From contig CADAAN010000006.1 of assembly GCA_902785935.1 (NCBI GenBank), positions 4,309 to 68,308 of the forward strand: DNA of 64,000 bases, given 5' to 3'. Of the stretch, positions 18,405 to 28,090 are shown in pieces. The stretch's first letter is position 1. Each line of letters begins with the position of its first letter. The DNA comes from an uncultured Pseudomonadota bacterium (GTDB lineage Bacteria > Pseudomonadota > Alphaproteobacteria > RF32 > CAG-239). The translations under genes and the position numbers were made by a program. The notes beneath the pieces were generated by a model. The model was not told the DNA's origin. It was given only the letters and a program-made list of their open reading frames with translations, and ran no database searches.

Positions 18405-20579
18405 TTGAAAAACTTTGTGAGATTTTGTCTGCGTACGTTCTTTTATATCTTCAAGGTCAGATGCAACATCAAGTTTGACTTGAAGAAATTGCCTAAAAAA
18501 GGTGTTTATGTTTCAAACCACGTGTCTTATTTAGACCCGATTTTGCTCTTTGCCTTTTTGCCGGGCAATCCGATTTTTGCCTTAAACGGGCATTTGTATC
18601 GTCGAAGATTTATCCGTTTTTTGATGAAAACGGCTGATATTGTGGAATTTAATCCGATTGAACCGTCTGATTTGAAGGATTTAATCAATAAGGTGAACGA
18701 TAATCGTCTTGTGGTGATTTTTGCCGAAGGACGTATCACCGAAAGCGGCGGCTTGATGAAGATTTATGAGGCGCCGGGGCTTTTGGCGGACAAAACCAAT
18801 GCACCGATTATCCCGATTTGGATTGAAGGTCCGCAATATGGTTATTTTTCAAAGACAAAAGATAAATTGCCCCACAGACCGCTTCCTAAAATGCTGATTA
18901 CGGTCGGCAATCCGAAACCCTTAAAGCTTAAAGATGAGCTTCGTCGTCAGCGTGACCACTTAAGCAATGAAGTGTATCATATTTTGACGGATATGCAGTT
19001 TTCAATTACCTACAATCCGAATATTTCGATTTTTGCACAGCTTGTCAAAACATCTAAAGTATATTCAAAAACGGGCTTTTTCTTTAAACGTCCGATGGTG
19101 ATTGAAGATATTAACCGCAAACCGATGAGCTATAAGGATTTGTTGCTCCGTGTTTATTTACTCGGTAAGTTTTTTAAGAAAAAAGCCGCGCATATGGAGC
19201 ATGTCGGCTTGATGTTGCCGAATACAATCGCGGCTGCGGCAACGTTTTTGGGGTTATCCGCGTATGAGCGAATCCCTGTCATGCTGAACTTTTCAGTAGG
19301 TGCCAAAAACCTGATTTCAATGTGCAAAACAGCGGAAGTAAAGCTTGTGATTACGTCAATCGCCTTTATTAAAACGGCAAAAATGGAGCCGGTGATTGAA
19401 GTCTTAAAATCAAATGGTATCGAGGTCTTTTATCTTGAAAGTTTGGCTAAAAAATTAGGGATTATCAGCAAATTGGGTGCCATGCTTCGTTATAAAACAA
19501 AGCGTATCCCGCACCGTCACGGCGGCAACAGAAAAGCGGCTATTTTATTTACGTCAGGCTCTGAAGGTGCTCCGAAGGCCGTTGTTTTAAGCCATGCCAA
19601 CATTATCTCTAACATCAAACAAGTTACAACGGTCGAAACAATCAATATGAAGGATTTGGTCTTTAATGCCATGCCGATGTTCCACAGCTTCGGACTGACA
19701 ATCGGTACATTGTTCCCGCTTTTAGAGGGGGGCAGGGTGTTTTTGTATCCTTCGCCGTTGCATTATCGCGTGATTGCTGAATTGATTTATGAGCTGGGTG
19801 CGACAATTTTGTTCGGGACAGATACCTTTTTCAGAGGTTATGGACGAATCGCGCATCCGTACGATTTTTATAACGTTCGGTTTATGTATGCCGGTGCTGA
19901 GGCTGTTAAACTTGATACGCGTAATTTGTTTATGGAGCGGATGGGCGTGCGCATTATGGAAGCATACGGTGTGACGGAATGTGCGCCGTTTGTGGCAGCC
20001 AACAATCACGTTTACAGTCGATTCGGCTCAATCGGCAAAATTGTGCCGGGGATTGAGTATAAGTTAGAGCCTGTGCCCGGGATTGAAAAAGGCGGAGAGC
20101 TTGTCGTTAAAGGTCCGAATATTATGATGGGCTATATCATGCCTGATAAACCCGGGGTTTTGGTACCCTTAAAAGACGGCTGGTATCATACGGGTGATGT
20201 GGTTGAAATTGATGAAATCGGCTATGTCTTTATCAAAGACCGCATCAAACGCTTTGCTAAAATCGGCGGTGAGATGGTGTCCTTAAATGCCGTACAGGAT
20301 ATGGTTATCAAGGCTTATGAATGGATGGGGCCTGACTTTAGTTATGGTATTGTTTCCGTACCGCATGAAAGCAAGGGTGAGCAAATCGTCTTGGTCACGA
20401 ACAACAATCAGGTCAAACAGGAAGTTTTGCATGACTATATCAAAAACAATGGTATGTCTGAGCTGTTTTTGCCTCGAACCATCCTGTATCATGAAAAAAT
20501 TCCGGCCTTTTTGACAGGTAAAACCGATAACGTTACCTTGAAAAAAGAAGTGATGGAAGAATTGGGCTTAAATAAATAA
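18405..20579 (+). CDS. aas: Bifunctional acyltransferase / acyl-ACP synthetase, second paralog
   Basis: Same domain architecture as 9998..12169 (NHVSYLDP; FTSGSEGAPKAVVLS), about 55% identical; TTG start with GGAG ribosome binding site. Confidence 0.85.
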   Translation: MKNFVRFCLRTFFYIFKVRCNIKFDLKKLPKKGVYVSNHVSYLDPILLFAFLPGNPIFALNGHLYRRRFIRFLMKTADIVEFNPIEPSDLKDLINKVNDNRLVVIFAEGRITESGGLMKIYEAPGLLADKTNAPIIPIWIEGPQYGYFSKTKDKLPHRPLPKMLITVGNPKPLKLKDELRRQRDHLSNEVYHILTDMQFSITYNPNISIFAQLVKTSKVYSKTGFFFKRPMVIEDINRKPMSYKDLLLRVYLLGKFFKKKAAHMEHVGLMLPNTIAAAATFLGLSAYERIPVMLNFSVGAKNLISMCKTAEVKLVITSIAFIKTAKMEPVIEVLKSNGIEVFYLESLAKKLGIISKLGAMLRYKTKRIPHRHGGNRKAAILFTSGSEGAPKAVVLSHANIISNIKQVTTVETINMKDLVFNAMPMFHSFGLTIGTLFPLLEGGRVFLYPSPLHYRVIAELIYELGATILFGTDTFFRGYGRIAHPYDFYNVRFMYAGAEAVKLDTRNLFMERMGVRIMEAYGVTECAPFVAANNHVYSRFGSIGKIVPGIEYKLEPVPGIEKGGELVVKGPNIMMGYIMPDKPGVLVPLKDGWYHTGDVVEIDEIGYVFIKDRIKRFAKIGGEMVSLNAVQDMVIKAYEWMGPDFSYGIVSVPHESKGEQIVLVTNNNQVKQEVLHDYIKNNGMSELFLPRTILYHEKIPAFLTGKTDNVTLKKEVMEELGLNK

Positions 20580-20593
20580 GCCCAACCTGCTTT

Positions 20594-21493
20594 TTATCTG
20601 TACCTGATTTTGACCGAATTGACTTTGCCTGCGATGGCATTTGCTTCATCGATGGTGTAGATACGCTTTGGGATATAATCTCCTTTTTGCATCGCGGAAA
20701 TTGAGGCATAAGTTTTCTCACCGATACGATATTTCCCGTCAGGTGTCTTAGAATAATGAATAATTTTCGGGTTTTTACCCGTTTGAAGCGCTATTCTTGA
20801 ACATACCTCTTCGGAAGCCGCACAATATAGTTTTTGAAGGTTTGTGTTTGTAAAAGCTTCATCATCAATATTTGTCACACTATTCGGAATAACAAGTGTT
20901 TCAAGTGTTGAAATATCAGCAAGAGACGTCCAACCGATTGAGGTTACACCTTCAGGGATTTCCAGATTTTTAAGTTTTGTTCCGACAAAAGCTCTATCAG
21001 GAATTTCTGTTTGAGCCTGCCCAAGCATCAAATAATCTATTTTTGTTGCCGCAAAACTCCAAGCACCGACATATTGAAGATTTAGAGGTGTATTAATTTC
21101 TTTTAATAAATCTGCACCCTGAAATGCAGCACCGCCAATTTGTTCAATAGAATCCGGCAAATCAATACTGCTGATTTTTGTATAAGCAAGTGTATAACTA
21201 CCGATATTGGTTAAAGAATCCGGCAATGAGACACTTCGAATAGTTTCAAGTTTTTCAACCCATGGTGTTCCCGGCCTTTGGTTTTTAGAATCCCATTCGT
21301 AATTTGTCATTTTTCCGACAGGTGCATTTTCATCTTTGGCTTCAATTGAAAAAAGACCTGTCTGCTCATTTAGTCTGGCAAGGCAATTAGCGCCGCAATC
21401 CCAACAATTGATGTTTAAATCATCACCGCAAGTATTGACTGCTTTAGCTTGAGAGCTCATTGTCAGTAAAAAAAATAAAATCCATTTTCTCAT
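20594..21493 (-). CDS. Secreted BspA-type LRR protein, paralog 2
   Basis: Signal peptide MRKWILFFLLTMSSQAKA; LRR units; C-terminus PKRIYTIDEANAIAGKVNSVKIRYR. Confidence 0.7.
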   Translation of the reverse strand: MRKWILFFLLTMSSQAKAVNTCGDDLNINCWDCGANCLARLNEQTGLFSIEAKDENAPVGKMTNYEWDSKNQRPGTPWVEKLETIRSVSLPDSLTNIGSYTLAYTKISSIDLPDSIEQIGGAAFQGADLLKEINTPLNLQYVGAWSFAATKIDYLMLGQAQTEIPDRAFVGTKLKNLEIPEGVTSIGWTSLADISTLETLVIPNSVTNIDDEAFTNTNLQKLYCAASEEVCSRIALQTGKNPKIIHYSKTPDGKYRIGEKTYASISAMQKGDYIPKRIYTIDEANAIAGKVNSVKIRYR

Positions 21494-21676
21494 ATTTTTT
21501 CTCCATTATGCAAAATAAAAAACCGTTTAAGATAAACCAAAAACGGAGGAGCTAAACGAACTGCACTAAATCAGTTAAGCTTATTCGAGGTATTAACCCT
21601 TATATCACTTACTCCTCTCTAAAGGAGTATATTTTTAGTGCAAGTGTCGTTTAAACACCGCAACCATTTTGGTTAC
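21494..21676 (-). ncRNA. Conserved structured 5' leader, family A (copy A1), with intrinsic terminator (ccgttt/aaacgg plus T-run) before the ribosome binding site
   Basis: Promoter TTGACA-17-TTAAAT at about 21680-21712 (minus strand); conserved motifs as in A2-A4. Confidence 0.6.
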
Positions 21677-21846
21677 GCTTTCATTTAAGCATATATCAAA
21701 ATACTTGTCAAGATGTTTTTAGCCTCTGTCACAATCGGCAACAAAATGTGCATTGATAATTGGGGCTAACGCGGCAATATCAGTTGATATATCTGAAAAT
21801 CATTTTATAATCAGCGTATGTTTTTGAACTTTGGAGAACTTTAAAT

Positions 21847-22812
21847 ATGTCTGAAAATAAAGATATTATCGTCGCAAAAGAGGCGATTGATCGCGAAGTT
21901 GAAGCTTTGGAAATGATGAAAGATGAACTTGATGATACGTTGAGCAAAGTCTTGGATGTCATCTTAAAATGCAAGGGTCGCGTGATTGTGACAGGCATGG
22001 GCAAATCCGGTCATATCGGTCGCAAAATTGCGGCAACGTTTGCCTCGACAGGTACGCCGTCTTTCTTTGTTCACCCCGGTGAGGCCAGTCATGGTGACCT
22101 TGGGATGCTTACCGATGAAGATGTTGTTTTGGCGATTTCAAATGGTGGTGAATCAAAGGAATTGTCTGATATTTTGATGTATTGCAAACGCTATAATATC
22201 CCGTTGATTGCTATGACGAAAAATCCAAACAGCACCCTTGGCAAAGCAGGTGATTATCTGTTAAAATTGCCTGATGATGGTGAAGCCTGTCCTTTGGGCT
22301 TGGCACCGACATCATCAACAACCGCAACGCTCGTGATGGGTGATGTGATTGCAATTGCTTTGATGGAGCGCAAAGGTTTTTCTGAAACGGATTACAAACG
22401 TCGTCATCCTGGTGGAAAATTGGGCGCCATGCTTTGCAAAGTTTCAGATTTAATGCATTCGGGCGATGAAATGCCGATTATCCACGATGACGCCATTATG
22501 CAAGAGGCTTTGATGGTCATGAGCGAAAAAATGCTTGGTTGCGTTGGTATTGTTGATAAAAAAGGCTTGCTTGTCGGGATGATTACCGATGGCGATTTAC
22601 GCCGCTGGATGTCACCGAATTTGATTGAAGAAAAAGTGTCAACAGTGATGACCAAAAATCCGAAAACCATTCGCCCCGATGTATTGGCAAGTGAGGCCGT
22701 CTATGTAATGAATAATACGGGCCGAGGTATCACAAACCTGTTTGCAGTTGAAGACGGTAAACCTGTCGGATTAATTCACATTCATGATTGTTTGCGTGCC
22801 GGAGTGATTTAA
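21847..22812 (+). CDS. kdsD: Arabinose-5-phosphate isomerase (SIS plus tandem CBS)
   Basis: SIS motif VIVTGMGKSGHIGRKIAATFASTGTPSFFVHPGEASHGDLG; C-terminal CBS pair; upstream of lptC/lptB. Confidence 0.85.
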   Translation: MSENKDIIVAKEAIDREVEALEMMKDELDDTLSKVLDVILKCKGRVIVTGMGKSGHIGRKIAATFASTGTPSFFVHPGEASHGDLGMLTDEDVVLAISNGGESKELSDILMYCKRYNIPLIAMTKNPNSTLGKAGDYLLKLPDDGEACPLGLAPTSSTTATLVMGDVIAIALMERKGFSETDYKRRHPGGKLGAMLCKVSDLMHSGDEMPIIHDDAIMQEALMVMSEKMLGCVGIVDKKGLLVGMITDGDLRRWMSPNLIEEKVSTVMTKNPKTIRPDVLASEAVYVMNNTGRGITNLFAVEDGKPVGLIHIHDCLRAGVI

Positions 22813-23748
22813 TTGGTTGATGTAAAAAAAATAGATGCTTTTTTTGAGCATGCGCAGCCTCTCAAAACACACCAGAAAGCTCATCAAAGCAAGCGTGAGC
22901 GTTATTATAAAATACTCAAACTTCTGATGCCGTCGGTTGCGGCCGTTTTGATTTCGCTGATTTTGATCTTCCCGCATTTAAAGAAAAATAATTTTGTGTC
23001 GCAGTACGATTTAACGGCGCCAAAAATGGGTGAATTAGAAAAATTGCATGTTGAAAAAACATCGTTTTCAATGACGGATATCGATGGCAAAATCAGCACA
23101 TTTACTGCAGAGTTGATGGAAGAAACGGCGCCTTCGTCGAAGGTTGTGCGTCTAACCCGTCCGAAAGGAAAAATCGCACTTGATCAAGATAAATATGCCG
23201 ACATCAGTGCTGATACGGGTTATTATGACCAGAATGGCAATATTGTCACGGCACAAAATAACGTTTTGGCCGTATACGATAATGATACAACGATTGAAAC
23301 ATCTGCCGCAGAATATGATTTTTCAAAAAATTACGGCAAAGGCGATGCGGCCGTTTATGCCTTCGGCAGTTGGGGAAAGTTGTGGGCAGATGCTTTTGCA
23401 TTTGACAAGACAAGCGAAATATTATACTTAAAAGGCAAATCAAAGGTAGAGCATTTGGAAAACACCTTAACTTCGACCGATGAAATGCGTTACAACAAGC
23501 CGCAAAACAAGCTGGAGGCATTCGGCAACGTTGTCTTAAGAAGACCCGATATGACGCTTTACGCCGATAAAGCCGTATTGTTTTTAGAGGATTTAAAAAA
23601 CAATACGATTAAGCAAATTGAAGCGTTCGGCAATGGCGATAAGGCTGTGTTTAATACAAAAACATCGGTTGCAAAAATGCTTTCATACTCAAAAAACAAC
23701 CGCGTTACAGGTGTTATTCGCGGGACACAAATCAAAGGAAAAAAATAA
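22813..23748 (+). CDS. lptC: LptC/LptA-family (OstA-like) LPS transport periplasmic protein, unusually long (311 aa)
   Basis: N-terminal TM anchor; OstA-like beta-jellyroll repeats; sits between kdsD and lptB (TTG start). Confidence 0.55.
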   Translation: MVDVKKIDAFFEHAQPLKTHQKAHQSKRERYYKILKLLMPSVAAVLISLILIFPHLKKNNFVSQYDLTAPKMGELEKLHVEKTSFSMTDIDGKISTFTAELMEETAPSSKVVRLTRPKGKIALDQDKYADISADTGYYDQNGNIVTAQNNVLAVYDNDTTIETSAAEYDFSKNYGKGDAAVYAFGSWGKLWADAFAFDKTSEILYLKGKSKVEHLENTLTSTDEMRYNKPQNKLEAFGNVVLRRPDMTLYADKAVLFLEDLKNNTIKQIEAFGNGDKAVFNTKTSVAKMLSYSKNNRVTGVIRGTQIKGKK

Positions 23749-24491
23749 TGAAAAAAAATAATCAGGACAATCGTGTTTTAGAAATTTTTAACATCGGTAA
23801 AAAATACAAAAACCGTTCTGTTTTAAAAAATGTTTCTTTACATGTCAAACAAGGCGAGGCTGTCGGCTTGCTCGGGCCGAACGGCGCCGGTAAAACCACG
23901 TGTTTTTATTGTGTCATCGGTTTGATTACACCTGATTACGGTGATGTGCATTTGGGCGGTGAAGATATTACAAATATGCCGATGTATCAGCGTGCGCGTA
24001 TGGGTATCGGATATTTGCCGCAAGAAGCATCTATTTTCAGAGCTTTAACGGTTGAAGACAACATTAAAGCGATTTTAGAAATTATCGAAAACGATGAAAA
24101 TAAACGCGAAGCAAAGCTTGAGGAATTGCTTGATGAGTTTTCAATTGCGCATTTGAGAAAATCACCGGCAGTCGCACTTTCCGGCGGCGAGCGCAGGCGT
24201 CTTGAAATTGCACGTGCGCTGGCTTCAAACCCTGATTTTATTTTGCTTGATGAGCCGCTTGCCGGTATTGACCCGATTGCTGTCGGCGAGATTAGATCTC
24301 TTGTATCGCAACTCAAAAACAGGGGTTTAGGTGTTTTGATTACGGATCATAACGTCAGAGAAACGCTTGACATTATTGATAGAGCATACATTCTCCACGG
24401 CGGAAGCGTTTTGATGGAGGGTACACCTGATGAAATTGTTAAGAATAAAGAAGTTCGTCAGGTCTATCTTGGCGAAGATTTCTCGATGTAG
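23748..24491 (+). CDS. lptB: LPS export ABC transporter ATP-binding protein
   Basis: Walker A GPNGAGKTT, signature LSGGERRR, Walker B ILLDEP; conserved kdsD-lptC-lptB context. Confidence 0.9.
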   Translation: MKKNNQDNRVLEIFNIGKKYKNRSVLKNVSLHVKQGEAVGLLGPNGAGKTTCFYCVIGLITPDYGDVHLGGEDITNMPMYQRARMGIGYLPQEASIFRALTVEDNIKAILEIIENDENKREAKLEELLDEFSIAHLRKSPAVALSGGERRRLEIARALASNPDFILLDEPLAGIDPIAVGEIRSLVSQLKNRGLGVLITDHNVRETLDIIDRAYILHGGSVLMEGTPDEIVKNKEVRQVYLGEDFSM

Positions 24492-24683
24492 TGCAATTTT
24501 TTCTTGACGCTCGGCAAAAGATGTTATATGGTGCAAAAAGTTTAGGAAAAAGAGATGCTTTATTTAAATATTCAAATACCATTCATCATTATCCCCTAAG
24601 GGGATGCATCTTTTTATATAAAATCAAAAACTTAATCAATCAAATTCAATTAATAATTTAAATTTTAAATGTAGGTTAAAACA

Positions 24684-27600
24684 ATGAAACATTATGCCGA
24701 AATAGGAGCAAAACCTGATTTTGTGAAACTTGAAAAAGAAGTCTTGAAATTTTGGGATGAGGATAAAACTTTTGAAAAATCCGTTCACAATCGTGACGGT
24801 GCCGCTGAGTTTGTGTTTTACGACGGCCCTCCGTTTGCAAACGGAACGCCGCACTATGGTCATATTATGGTCAGCTATGTCAAAGATGTTGTCGCACGCT
24901 TTCAGACCATGATGGGCAAAAAGGTTGAGCGTCGCTTGGGCTGGGATTGTCACGGACTTCCGGCCGAAATGTCGGCTGAAAAACAGCTTGGTGTTTCGGG
25001 GCGCAAGCAGATTGAAGAATACGGCGTTGAAAAATTTAATGATTTTTGCAGAGCTGACGTTTTGAAATATTCTTCAATTTGGGTTGATATGTTCAAGCGT
25101 ATCGGGCGTTGGGTCGATTTCAGCCATGATTATAAAACGATGGATTTGAGCTTTATGGAAAGCGTGATTAAAAACTTTAAGACCCTTTATGACAAAGGCC
25201 TTGTATATGAAGATTATCGCGTTTTGCCGTATTCTTGGGCAGCTCAAACGCCGCTTTCAAATTTTGAGGTCAATCAAGGCTATCAGGAAAAAACGGATAA
25301 CGCCATTACCGTGATGTTTGAGCTGGAAACGGGTGATAAAATTCTTGTTTGGACGACAACGCCATGGACGCTTCCTTCAAACTTAATGCTTGCGGTGGGC
25401 AAAGATATTGATTATGCCGTGATGCAAGAAGAAGACGGACAAAAATATATCATTGCCGAAGCTCGTTTAGGCGCATACAAAAAACAGCTTGAACATGCGG
25501 TCAAGGTCGGCTCTGTGAAAGGTGCTGATTTGGTCGGGCTTTCATATAAGCCGATGTTTAAATATTTTGAAGGCTTAAAAGCAAAAGGTGCATTTAAGGT
25601 ACTTTCGGGTGAATTTGTTTCAACCGAAGACGGTACGGGTGTTGTGCATATTGCCCCGGGATTTGGACAGGATGACTTTGATGCCTGCCGTGCATACGAT
25701 GAAAATTTTCCGATTGTTTGCCCTGTTGATGAGGCAGGTAAGTTTACGTCTGAAGTGCCTGATTATGAAGGCAAACAGGTTTTTGAAACAAATGAGCCGA
25801 TTATGACCTGGCTTAAAACAAACGGACTTCTTGTGAAAAAAGAGCAATATACGCACTCTTATCCGTTTTGCTGGCGCACCGACACCCCGCTTATTTATAA
25901 AGCGATGTCATCTTGGTTTGTCAAAGTCACTGATTTTAAGGATGAGATGGTCAGGAACAATCAAGAAATTAACTGGGTGCCAGAGCATATCAAAGACGGC
26001 CGTTTCGGAAAATGGCTTGAGGGTGCAAGAGATTGGTCGATTTCGCGCAATCGTTTTTGGGGTACGCCGATTCCCGTTTGGAAATCTGACAATCCGAAAT
26101 TCCCCCGCATTGATGTTTTCGGCTCGATTAATGAAATTAAAGAAAAAACAGGCTTTGATGTCAAAAATTTGCACAAGCCGTATATTGATGAGGTTGTTTA
26201 CCCTAACCCCGACGATCCGTCTGGTCAGACCATGATGCGCAGAGTTTCGGATGTGTTTGACTGTTGGTTTGAATCGGGCTCAATGCCGTATGCGCAGGTG
26301 CATTATCCGTTTGACAACAAAGCGTGGTTTGAAAATCACTTTCCGGCAGATTTTATTGTTGAAGCGATGGATCAGACAAGAGGTTGGTTTTACACATTGA
26401 CCGTTTTATCAACGGCTTTGATGGGCAAACCGGCATTTAAGAATTGCATTTGCACGGGGCTTTTGATGGCCGAAGGCGGACAAAAGCTTTCTAAAAGGCT
26501 TAAAAACTATCCTGACCCGAACGAGGTTTTAGAAAACATCGGTTCTGAGGCTTTGAGATGGTTTTTGGTTTCATCACCTGTCTTGAAGGGCGGCAATTTA
26601 GCTGTTGATAAAGAAGGCAAAGAGATATCAAAAGCGTTGCGCTCGGCATTAATTCCGCTGTGGAATGCGTTTTATTTCTTCGTTTTGTATGCCAATGCGG
26701 AAGAATATCAAGCCAAAGAAATCACTTCTTCAAGCGAGGCGATTGATAATTACATTTTATCAAAACTCAAAGTTTTGCGCGACCATGTAGAACACGGTCT
26801 TTCGACCTATGATGTATCTGAGGCCACGACAGAAGCAACAAACTTTATGGAAGTTTTGAACAACTGGTATATTCGCCGCACGCGCGATCGTTTTTGGTCA
26901 GGCGACAAGCAAGCTTTTGATACGCTTTATACCGTGCTTGTGGTTTTAAGCAAAATTCTGGCACCGTTGATGCCGTTTTTGAGTGAGTATGTTTATAAAA
27001 ATCTGACCAAGGGCGAATCAGTGCATTTGATTGATTTTCCAAAACTTGAAGATATCAAGGTTGATGAAGAATTGGTCAAAGATATGGATTTTGTGCAGTC
27101 ACTTTGTTCGGCCGGTAAATTTATCCGTGAAGAGAAAAATTTAAGAGGCCGTCTGCCGCTTGCATCATTGACGCTTGTCGGGGCTGAATTAACACCGGCT
27201 TATCAGGATATTGTCAAAGACGAGCTTAATGTCAAAGAGGTCAGGTTTGATAACAATTTGAGCCTTTATGCCGACAAAAAGCTATACCTTTATACGCCGC
27301 TTTTGGGCAAAACGCTCGGCAAAGATATGGGCAAAGTCATGGCCGCATACAAGCAAAATGAGTGGAGCTTGAACGATGACGGCACTTTAAATATTGCAGG
27401 GCTAAATTTGGCAAAAGACTTGTTTGAAGTTCGCCTTGATATGAAAGAGGGTATCGCGGGGCTTTCTTTTGCAGACAACAAGGCTGTTGTGATGCTTGAT
27501 ACCAATTTAACGCCTGAACTTAAGCGTGAGGGTATGGCGCGTGACTTTGTGCGTATGGTACAAACGATGCGTAAAGAAAAAGACTTTAACATTTCAGACC

Positions 27601-27776
27601 GCATCAAGCTTTGCTGGCATACGGACGATGCGGAGCTTGCACAAGCCTTAAATGACAATAAGGCCTATATTGCTCAGCAGGTTTTGGCGCTTGAGACGTC
27701 TGATGTTTGCACATCCGGCACGACCGATACCATTGAAGGGCAAAACATCACCTTTGATGCTGTCGTTGCAAAATAA
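24684..27776 (+). CDS. ileS: Isoleucyl-tRNA synthetase (type 2)
   Basis: PFANGTPHYGHI (HIGH), WTTTPWTLPSN, DWSISRNRFWGTPIPVW, KLSKR (KMSKS-like); 1030 aa. Confidence 0.85.
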   Translation: MKHYAEIGAKPDFVKLEKEVLKFWDEDKTFEKSVHNRDGAAEFVFYDGPPFANGTPHYGHIMVSYVKDVVARFQTMMGKKVERRLGWDCHGLPAEMSAEKQLGVSGRKQIEEYGVEKFNDFCRADVLKYSSIWVDMFKRIGRWVDFSHDYKTMDLSFMESVIKNFKTLYDKGLVYEDYRVLPYSWAAQTPLSNFEVNQGYQEKTDNAITVMFELETGDKILVWTTTPWTLPSNLMLAVGKDIDYAVMQEEDGQKYIIAEARLGAYKKQLEHAVKVGSVKGADLVGLSYKPMFKYFEGLKAKGAFKVLSGEFVSTEDGTGVVHIAPGFGQDDFDACRAYDENFPIVCPVDEAGKFTSEVPDYEGKQVFETNEPIMTWLKTNGLLVKKEQYTHSYPFCWRTDTPLIYKAMSSWFVKVTDFKDEMVRNNQEINWVPEHIKDGRFGKWLEGARDWSISRNRFWGTPIPVWKSDNPKFPRIDVFGSINEIKEKTGFDVKNLHKPYIDEVVYPNPDDPSGQTMMRRVSDVFDCWFESGSMPYAQVHYPFDNKAWFENHFPADFIVEAMDQTRGWFYTLTVLSTALMGKPAFKNCICTGLLMAEGGQKLSKRLKNYPDPNEVLENIGSEALRWFLVSSPVLKGGNLAVDKEGKEISKALRSALIPLWNAFYFFVLYANAEEYQAKEITSSSEAIDNYILSKLKVLRDHVEHGLSTYDVSEATTEATNFMEVLNNWYIRRTRDRFWSGDKQAFDTLYTVLVVLSKILAPLMPFLSEYVYKNLTKGESVHLIDFPKLEDIKVDEELVKDMDFVQSLCSAGKFIREEKNLRGRLPLASLTLVGAELTPAYQDIVKDELNVKEVRFDNNLSLYADKKLYLYTPLLGKTLGKDMGKVMAAYKQNEWSLNDDGTLNIAGLNLAKDLFEVRLDMKEGIAGLSFADNKAVVMLDTNLTPELKREGMARDFVRMVQTMRKEKDFNISDRIKLCWHTDDAELAQALNDNKAYIAQQVLALETSDVCTSGTTDTIEGQNITFDAVVAK

Positions 27777-27795
27777 ATGAAGTGTAACATATAAA

Positions 27796-27838
27796 AACAG
27801 GCGCCTTGATGATATTTAAGGTGCCTGTTTAAATATTT
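27796..27838 (+). terminator. Rho-independent terminator after ileS
   Basis: aacaggcgcctt...aaggtgcctgtt 12-bp stem plus T-rich tail. Confidence 0.6.
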
Positions 27839-28090
27839 TGTTGATAAGAAAAGTACTAAAAAATAAGGAAAAAATGCATTTTTATACAAAAAATAAACAA
27901 AAAAATAAAATTTTTTGCATTTTTTGCTTGTTTTTCGATTCAAAATGTGATACATTGACAACATAAAAGTACCATAAGTTATGTTTATAAGAATTAATAA
28001 CTATTGTGAACGGGTTGAAGATTTTTTTGAAGTCTTGCCTGCGTTGTACTTTTGAAATTTGAAAAATTAATCATCAAATATTTTACAATT

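Noticed and set aside
25588-27658. Multiple 60-120 aa ORFs on both strands inside ileS (and similarly inside typA 43392-44953, aas, mlaE 15098-15487)
   Set aside because: They lie entirely within well-supported long genes and have low-complexity translations; treated as spurious.
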